64,000 nucleotides of DNA, from NCBI GenBank assembly GCA_964016885.1, contig OZ024761.1:7874001-7938000 (forward strand), in the 5' to 3' direction. The stretch's first letter is position 1; the number at the start of each line of letters is the position of its first letter. Below the pieces are notes generated by a model, which saw only the letters and a list, made by a program, of their open reading frames with translations, did no database searches and was not told where the DNA came from. Source of the DNA: Eledone cirrhosa. Its lineage: Eukaryota. Both the position numbers and the translations under genes were made by a program. Positions 55,521 to 64,000 of this stretch are shown here, in pieces.

Positions 55521-56582
55521 ACTCTCTGTTCTCTGTTCTCCAAGTTACAAATCTTTCCTGAGACATTCTAACCACATGCCCGTAGTATCAGAGCTGTTAT
55601 CTCTCATTTCGGAGAAGTAGTGGCTTTACCTGGAGTGACTCTCTGTTCTCTGTTCTCTAAGTTACAAATCTTTCCTGAGACATTCTAACCACATGCCCGT
55701 AGTATCAGAGCTGTTATCTCTCATTTCGGAGAAGTAGTGGCTCTACCTGGAGTGACTCTCTGTTCTCTGTTCTCCAAGTTACAAATCTTTCCTGAGACAT
55801 TCTAACTACATGCCCGTAGTATCAGAGCTGTGATCTCCCATTTCGGAGAAGTAGTGGCTCTACCTGGAGTGACTCTCTGTTCTCCAAGTTACAAATCTTT
55901 CCTGAGACATTCTAACCACATGCCCGTAGTATCAGAGCTGTGATCTCCCATTTCGGAGAAGTAGTGGCTCTACCTGGAGTGACTCTCTGTTCTCCAAGTT
56001 ACAAATCTTTCCTGAGACATTCTAACTACATGCCCATAGTATCAGAGCTGTGATCTCCCATTTCGGAGAAGTAGTGGCTCTACCTGGAGTGACTCTCTGT
56101 TCTCCAAGTTACAAATCTTTCCTGAGACATTCTAACTACATGCCCATAGTATCAGAGCTGTGATCTCCCATTTCGGAGAAGTAGTGGCTCTACCTGGAGT
56201 GACTCTCTGTTCTCCAAGTTACAAATCTTTCCTGAGACATTCTAACTACATGCCCGTAGTATCAGAGCTGTGATCTCCCATTTCGGAGAAGTAGTGGCTC
56301 TACCTGGAGTGACTCTCTGTTCTCCAAGTTACAAATCTTTCCTGAGACATTCTAACTACATGCCCGTAGTATCAGAGCTGTGATCTCCCATTTCGGAGAA
56401 GTAGTGGCTCTACCTGGAGTGACTCTCTGTTCTCCAAGTTACAAATCTTTCCTGAGACATTCTAACTACATGCCCGTAGTATCAGAGCTGTGATCTCCCA
56501 TTTCGGAGAAGTAGTGGCTCTACCTGGAGTGACTCTCTGTTCTCCAAGTTACAAATCTTTCCTGAGACATTCTAACTACATG
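55447..56582. repeat. Tandem repeat of 3 x 117 bp then 7 x 110 bp, derived from RTE coding sequence
   Basis: Unit starts at 55447, 55564, 55681, 55798, 55908, 56018 ... 56568. The minus strand reads degenerate LQVEPLLLR.ER.QL.YYGHVVRM. Confidence 0.93.
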
Positions 56583-56974
56583 TTCAGCTCACACACATAT
56601 ATTATTCTTTATTATGACTAAGTCAGGGGCGAAGGGTGCGTGCATGCGTTATAGAATCTTGAGTTGATTTGCGTCGGTTGGAGCAAGCAGAATTTTGGCT
56701 GCTTGCTAAATCATAGACACATAAAAAGATAACACACACACACAAGCACACACTAGATAACACTACTTGCGGCTTTGACCGGGAGGGTCATTTAGAGGGA
56801 ATTGGGGGAGGGGGAGTAAGGCTGCACAGCCCCACTTTCTGCCTTGGTGATTCGACTGCATGCCCTGCTTTCCAGGTTACTCTTCGCCACTGGACTAAGT
56901 GGTGGGTCTTGTTACTCTGGAGTTTCACATGTGTACTCACAGGATTATCTATCTCGTCTGGTGATCCTGTGAGT

Positions 56975-57316
56975 CATCATCATCATTATTTCATTTTACG
57001 TCCGCTTTTTCCCTGCTTGCAAGGGTGGGACGGGAACTGATTCTGGCTTGATTTCTACAGCTGGATGCCCTTCCTAACACCAACCTCATTTACAGTGAGT
57101 GCTGGGTGCTTTTTTGTCGTGGCACCTGCACGACAACTTTGCAGTGGAATGATAGGGACCCCAGTCCCTATCATCTCATTTCTATAGCTGAGTAAACTGG
57201 AGCAATGTGAAATAAAGTGTCTTGCTCAAGGAAACAACACATCACTCGGTCTGAGAATTGAACTCACAACCTTTCGATTGCAAGGCCAATGCTCTAACCA
57301 CTAAGCCATGTGCTCC
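56975..57316 (-). mobile_element. SINE family A full-length copy
   Basis: Collinear with 2748-3093; short TGAGT direct repeat at the flanks. Confidence 0.9.
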
Positions 57317-57425
57317 ATGAGTACAGGTGAAAAATGAATAAATGAATCTAAATTTAATCTTGTGCAAATATCTCCAGCTAAATATGTGGATATGGGACCT
57401 ATGTCTTAAAAATAGATAATATTAA

Positions 57426-57820
57426 CCCTTTAGCATTTGCATTATTCTATTTACTATTATATTGTCATGGTAAACACTTTATCTCACATAATTATCTCAC
57501 ATAATATCGAATCTATGAGATTTCGATATTATGGATTGGCAGTATCGGTAGAGGGTCGGACGCCATGCTTTGAAGCATAGAGTTACCTCCCTGTATGATC
57601 TGAGTTCAAATCCCGCCGAGGTTAACTTTGCCTTTCATCCTTACGGGGGTCGATAAAATAAAGTACCAGTAATGTACTGGGTAATTGCTGGCCTTGTGCC
57701 AAAAGTAGAAGCAATTATTTATTTTGAGAACAATACCTTAACATAAGTATGAGGAGCCAGTTATGGCCAGTTTGAACAGAAAGAGGTGAGAGAATTTTGG
57801 CCAATTTAAATACTAAAGGG
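57426..57820. mobile_element. piggyBac-like MITE with a nested SINE-B (57533-57717)
   Basis: TTAA|CCCTTTAGCATTT ... AAATACTAAAGGG|TTAA (12/13 TIR match). Confidence 0.65.
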
Positions 57821-58524
57821 TTAACTTTTAACATCCTGTCATGATTTAGCTGGCATTGAATTAGCAAAGTCGTTAGAACATTAGATAGAATACTTTGCAA
57901 TATTTGTTCCAACTCCTTGCACTTTGAGTTCAAATCCTGCCTGCGTCAACTTTGCCTTTCATCTATTTGAGGTTGATTAAAATGAAAAAGAAGTACCAGT
58001 CATCTACTGGGGTCGACTCTCCCTCTATATCTCTTTCTCACTTCCTTTCTATTGTATATATAACACATGATGGCTGTTATAGTTGTACCTTATGACTTGA
58101 CTTGTAATAATAGTCTCTTTGTCAGATATATTGTAATATTCTACATAATAGTCTCCCTGTCAGACATAATATGCTAGAATAGTGTGTGTGTATGTATGTG
58201 TATGTGTATATGCATACATCTATGTGTATGAGTATATAAATATAAACATAGACACAGACACACTTACAAAAATATGCACTCACAGACACATTCACACAAA
58301 CACACACATGTACATTCACACAAACACACACATGTACATTTACACAAACACACATATACACTCACACACACCATAGGTTTTTCACCATCCCCTTCCTTCC
58401 TTTTACACACACATACATTCACACAGGCAGCAGATGTAAAGAGAGAGTAGTAGTATGAGATAGTCAAACTACTCCTCTCTTTTTACATGTTGTGACAGAA
58501 TTGCAGAAATTTATATATATATAT

Positions 58525-58865
58525 GGAGGCACATGGCTTAGTGGTTAGAGCATTGGCCTTGCAATCGAAAGGTTGTGAGTTCAATTATCAGACCGAGTGA
58601 TGTGTTGTTTCCTTGAGCAAGACACTTTATTTCACATTGCTCCAGTTTACTCAGCTATAGAAATGAGATGATAGGACTGGGGTCCCTATCATTCCACTGC
58701 AAAGTGGTCGTGGAGGTGCCACGGCAAAAAAGCACCCAGCACTCACTGTAAATGAGGTTGGCGTTAGGAAGGGCATCTAGCTGTAGAAATGAAGCCAGAA
58801 TCAGTTCCCGTCTCACTCTTGCAAGCAGGGAAAAGTGGACGTAAAATGATGATGATGATGATGAT
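58525..58865 (+). mobile_element. SINE family A full-length copy
   Basis: GGAGGCACATGGCTTAGTGG...GGACGTAAAA(TGA)n. Confidence 0.9.
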
Positions 58866-58909
58866 ATAGCTATACTTTGACTGTTGTAGTTATATAGTTA
58901 TGACTTGTA

Positions 58910-59278
58910 ATAATTGTTTCTACTTTTGGCACAGGCCAGCTATTACCCCAGTGTATTACTGGTACTTTATTTTATCGACCCCCGTAAGGGTGACAGGCAA
59001 AGTTAACCTCGGCGGGATTTGAACTCAGAATGGCAAGGGCCGTAACTCAATGTGTCAAAGCATGGCGTCCGACCCTCTACCGATACTGCCAATCTTTGTA
59101 ATAATAGTCTCTCTGTCAGATATAACAGGAACGTCATCCAGCTGTAGAAATCAAGCCCAAATCGGTTCTGTATGAGCAAGACAGAGTCACCTGACCTAGC
59201 ATTGCTCACAACAGGATAACTCGTCTAACCCATGCCAACGTGGAAGAATTGACGTTAAACGGGCATGATGATGATATA
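58910..59278. mobile_element. SINE-B (minus, 58910-59095) and truncated RTE-B-UTR-like tail (plus, ~59135-59278)
   Basis: Matches to other copies in the window. Confidence 0.8.
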
Positions 59279-59910
59279 ACTATACTTTGACTGTTGTAGT
59301 TATGACTTGTAATATTATTCTCAACTGGAAATCAAGATAATTAGAAAGACCTAGACAGGAACATACAAAAGAATAATGATTTTTTGCATTTAAAATACTA
59401 ACTAATTTAAAAGCTGATGCAGAAAGATCATATATAACACAAACACTAGAAAAACTATGAAAGAGTATTTAAACTATAAAAGAATATTTAAATAGGGTAA
59501 TTAATACGAAAGAAGCTACAAAATAATGAAAAAACATTATTTTTCTGCCATCATGAAACCAACAAACATCAAACAGAAATAGCAATGAAAACTATGAATA
59601 ATCTAAAGATTAAACAATAAAATAGGATTATCAGATGTCAGACACATTAAGATATTAGCTAACTAGTCACAGCACAGACAATACCCAATATAACTTCTTT
59701 ACATAATGGCAGATACATTAAGATGTTGACTGTCGCCTATATTATGCATGGCCACAGTTGCTGTGCCAGGTTTCTTTTTCAGTGAAATGACTATTTTGGT
59801 TGACAAACGTCACATCAATAAACTTGTAATCCCATCTAGCTTCGAAGTTATGAACTGTTGGAAAAGAGTTCATAACTTTGAAGATATGAATTATTGAAAA
59901 GGAGTTCAAA

Positions 59911-62900
59911 CATGTTAGGATGAGTTAGCTCATCTGTGGCACTGGAATGCATACATGTTAGGATGAGTTATCTCATCTGTGGCACTGGAATGCATACATA
60001 TTAGGACGAGTTATCTATCTCGTCTGTGGCACTGGAATGCATACATGTTAGAACGAGTTAGTTCATCTGTGGCACTGGAATGCATACATGTTAGGATGAG
60101 TTATCTCATCTGTGGCTCTGGAATGCATACATGTTAGGACGAGTTAGCTCATCTGTGGCACTGGAATGCATACATATTAGGATGAGTTATCTCATCTGTG
60201 GCACTGGAATGCATACATGTTAGGACGAGTTAGCTCATCTGTGGCACTGGAATGCATACATATTAGGATGAGTTATCTCATCTGTGGCACTGGAATGCAT
60301 ACATGTTAGGACGAGTTAGCTCATCTGTGGCACTGGAATGCATACATATTAGGATGAGTTATCTCATCTGTGGCACTGGAATGCATACATGTTAGGATGA
60401 GTTATCTCATCTGTGGCACTGGAATGCATACATGTTAGGACGAGTTAGCTCATCTGTGGCACTGGAATGCATACATATTAGGATGAGTTATCTCATCTGT
60501 GGCACTGGAATGCATACATGTTAGGATGAGTTATCTCATCTGTGGCACTGGAATGCATACATGTTAGAACGAGTTATCTCATCTGTGGCACTGGAATGCA
60601 TACATGTTAGGATGAGTTATCTCATCTGTGGCACTGGAATGCATGCATGTTAGGATGAGTTATCTCATCTGTGGCACTGGAATGCATGCATGTTAGGATG
60701 AGTTATCTCATCTGTGGCACTGGAATGCATGCATGTTAGGATGAGTTATCTCATCTGTGGCACTGGAATGCATGCATATTAGGATGAGTTATCTCATCTG
60801 TGGCACTGGAATGCATACATATTAGGATGAGTTATCTCATCTGTGGCACTGGAATGCATACATGTTAGGACGAGTTAGCTCATCTGTGACACTGGAATGC
60901 ATACATGTTAGGATGAGTTATCTCATCTGTGGCACTGGAATGCATACATGTTAGGACGAGTTATCTCATCTGTGGCACTGGAATGCATACATGTTAGAAC
61001 AAGTTATCTCATCTGTGGCACTGGAATGCATACGTGTTAGGACGAGTTAGCTCATCTGTGACACTGGAATGCATACATGTTAGGATGAGTTATCTCATCT
61101 GTGGCACTGGAATGCATACATGTTAGGATGAGTTATCTCATCTGTGACACTGGAATGCATACATGTTAGGATGAGTTATCTCATCTGTGGCACTGGAATG
61201 CATACATGTTAGGATGAGTTATCTCATCTGTGGCACTGGAATGCATACATGTTAGGACGAGTTAGCTCATCTGTTGCACTGGAATGCATACATGTTAGGA
61301 CGAGTTAGCTCATCTGTGGCACTGGAATGCATACATATTAGGACGAGTTATCTCATCTGTGGCACTGGAATGTATACATATTAGGATGAGTTATCTCATC
61401 TGTGGCACTGGAATGCATACATGTTAGGACGAGTTAGCTCATCTGTGACACTGGAATGCATACATGTTAGGATGAGTTATCTCATCTGTGGCACTGGAAT
61501 GCATACATGTTAGGACGAGTTATCTCATCTGTGGCACTGGAATGCATACATGTTAGGACGAGTTAGCTCATCTGTGACACTGGAATGCATACATATTAGG
61601 ATGAGTTATCTCATCTGTGGCACTGGAATGCATACATGTTAGGATGAGTTATCTCATCTGTGGAACTGGAATGCATACATGTTAGGATGAGTTACCTCAT
61701 CTGTGGCACTGGAATGCATACATGTTAGGATGAGTTATCTCATCTGTGGCACTGGAATGCATACATGTTAGGACGAGTTATCTCATCTGTGGCACTGGAA
61801 TGCATACATGTTAGAACGAGTTATCTCATCTGTGGCACTGGAATGCATACATGTTAGGACGAGTTAGCTCATCTGTGACACTGGAATGCATACATATTAG
61901 GATGAGTTATCTCATCTGTGGCACTGGAATGCATACATGTTAGGACGAGTTAGCTCATCTGTGGCACTGGAATGCATACATATTAGGATGAGTTATCTCA
62001 TCTGTGGCACTGGAATGCATACATGTTAGGATGAGTTATCTCATCTGTGGCACTGGAATGCATACATGTTAGGACGAGTTAGCTCATCTGTGGCACTGGA
62101 ATGCATACATATTAGGATGAGTTATCTCATCTGTGGCACTGGAATGCATACATGTTAGGATGAGTTATCTCATCTGTGGCACTGGAATGCATACATGTTA
62201 GAACGAGTTATCTCATCTGTGGCACTGGAATGCATACATGTTAGGATGAGTTATCTCATCTGTGGCACTGGAATGCATGCAAGTTAGGATGAGTTATCTC
62301 ATCTGTGACACTGGAATGCATGCATGTTAGGATGAGTTAGATCATCTGTGACACTGGAATGCATACATGTTAGGATGAGTTATCTCATCTGTGGCACTGG
62401 AATGCATACATATTAGGATGAGTTATCTCATCTGTGGCACTGGAATGCATACATGTTAGGACGAGTTAGCTCATCTGTGACACTGGAATGCATACATGTT
62501 AGGACGAGTTATCTCATCTGTGGCACTGGAATGCATACATGTTAGAACAAGTTATCTCATCTGTGGCACTGGAATGCATACGTGTTAGGACGAGTTAGCT
62601 CATCTGTGACACTGGAATGCATACATGTTAGGATGAGTTATCTCATCTGTGGCACTGGAATGCATACATGTTAGGATGAGTTATCTCATCTGTGACACTG
62701 GAATGCATACATGTTAGGATGAGTTATCTCATCTGTGGCACTGGAATGCATACATGTTAGGATGAGTTATCTCATCTGTGGCACTGGAATGCATACATGT
62801 TAGGACGAGTTAGCTCATCTGTGACACTGGAATGCATACATGTTAGGATGAGTTATCTCATCTGTGGCACTGGAATGCATACATGTTAGGACGAGTTATC

Positions 62901-64000
62901 TCATCTGTGGCACTGGAATGCATACATGTTAGGATGAGTTATCTCATCTGTGGCACTGGAATGCATACATATTAGGATGAGTTATCTCATCTGTGGCACT
63001 GGAATGCATACATGTTAGGACGAGTTAGCTCATCTGTGACACTGGAATGCATACATGTTAGGATGAGTTATCTCATCTGTGGCACTGGAATGCATACATA
63101 TTAGGATGAGTTATCTCATCTGTGGCACTGGAATGCATACATGTTAGGACGAGTTAGATCATCTGTGACACTGGAATGCATACATGTTAGGATGAGTTAT
63201 CTCATCTGTGGCACTGGAATGCATACATGTTAGGATGAGTTATCTCATCTGTGGCACTGGAATGCATACATGTTAGGACGAGTTATCTCTTCTGTGGCAC
63301 TGGAATGCATACATGTTAGAACAAGTTATCTCATCTGTGGCACTGGAATGCATACGTGTTAGGACGAGTTAGCTCATCTGTGACACTGGAATGCATACAT
63401 GTTAGGATGAGTTATCTCATCTGTGGCACTGGAATGCATACATGTTAGGATGAGTTATCTCATTTGTGACACTGGAATGCATACATGTTAGGATGAGTTA
63501 TCTCATCTGTGGCACTGGAATGCATACATGTTAGGATGAGTTATCTCATCTGTGGCACTGGAATGCATACATGTTAGGACGAGTTAGCTCATCTGTGGCA
63601 CTGGAATGCATACATGTTAGGATGAGTTATCTCATCTGTGGCACTGGAATGCATACATGTTAGGACGAGTTATCTCATCTGTGGCACTGGAATGCATACA
63701 TGTTAGGATGAGTTATCTCATCTGTGGCACTGGAATGCATACATGTTAGGATGAGTTATCTCATCTGTGGCACTGGAATGCATACATATTAGGATGAGTT
63801 ATCTCATCTGTGGCACTGGAATGCATACATATTAGGATGAGTTATCTCATCTGTGGCACTGGAATGCATACATGTTAGGACGAGTTAGCTCATCTGTGAC
63901 ACTGGAATGCATACATGTTAGGATGAGTTATCTCATCTGTGGCACTGGAATGCATACATGTTAGGACGAGTTAGTTCATCTGTGGCACTGGAATGCATAC
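59911..64000. repeat. 43-bp satellite (CATGTTAGGATGAGTTATCTCATCTGTGGCACTGGAATGCATA)n, ~95 copies, running off the window end
   Basis: Directly visible 43-bp period without spacers. Confidence 0.98.

Noticed and set aside
58525-58600. tRNA gene
   Set aside because: The tRNA-like A/B boxes are the head of a multi-copy SINE and continue into the SINE body; no proper acceptor stem is evident.
59783-59897. Possible exon 2 of the 50327 gene (TTTCTTTTTCAG acceptor, EMTILVDKRH...)
   Set aside because: The open frame needs a phase-2 junction but the 50639 donor is phase 1, and the phase-1 reading is not convincing.
59911-64000. CRISPR-like array (43-bp hairpin-containing repeats)
   Set aside because: Units are head-to-tail with no unique spacers, there are no cas genes, and the context is eukaryotic.

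Overview
Eukaryotic, repeat-dense animal genomic DNA. The SINE/RTE repertoire and long (TA)n tracts suggest an octopod cephalopod (inference). The best-supported host gene is missing from the ORF track: a 4-exon minus-strand gene (CDS 31494-31530, 26425-26536, 6292-6489, 3891-3957; all GT-AG, phases consistent) encoding a 137-aa secreted protein with two Kazal-type domains. Its ~20-kb second intron is mostly 20/28-bp and 26-bp satellite. A second, plus-strand signal-peptide exon lies at 50327-50639. Three minimal type-I hammerhead ribozyme motifs of the Penelope-like-element kind occur on the minus strand (28574-28648, 35824-35878, 43681-43738); one sits next to a GIY-YIG endonuclease relic. 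Mobile DNA includes a near-intact RTE LINE with one nonsense codon, an RTE with a twin-priming-type 5' inversion, a CRE-like PHD-bearing fragment, an internally deleted maT/mariner-like element, piggyBac-like MITEs and many copies of two SINE families. Other arrays have 10-, 43-, 84- and 110/117-bp units, the last derived from RTE coding sequence. No CRISPR, rRNA or true tRNA genes are supported. Most long ORFs in the track are repeat artefacts.
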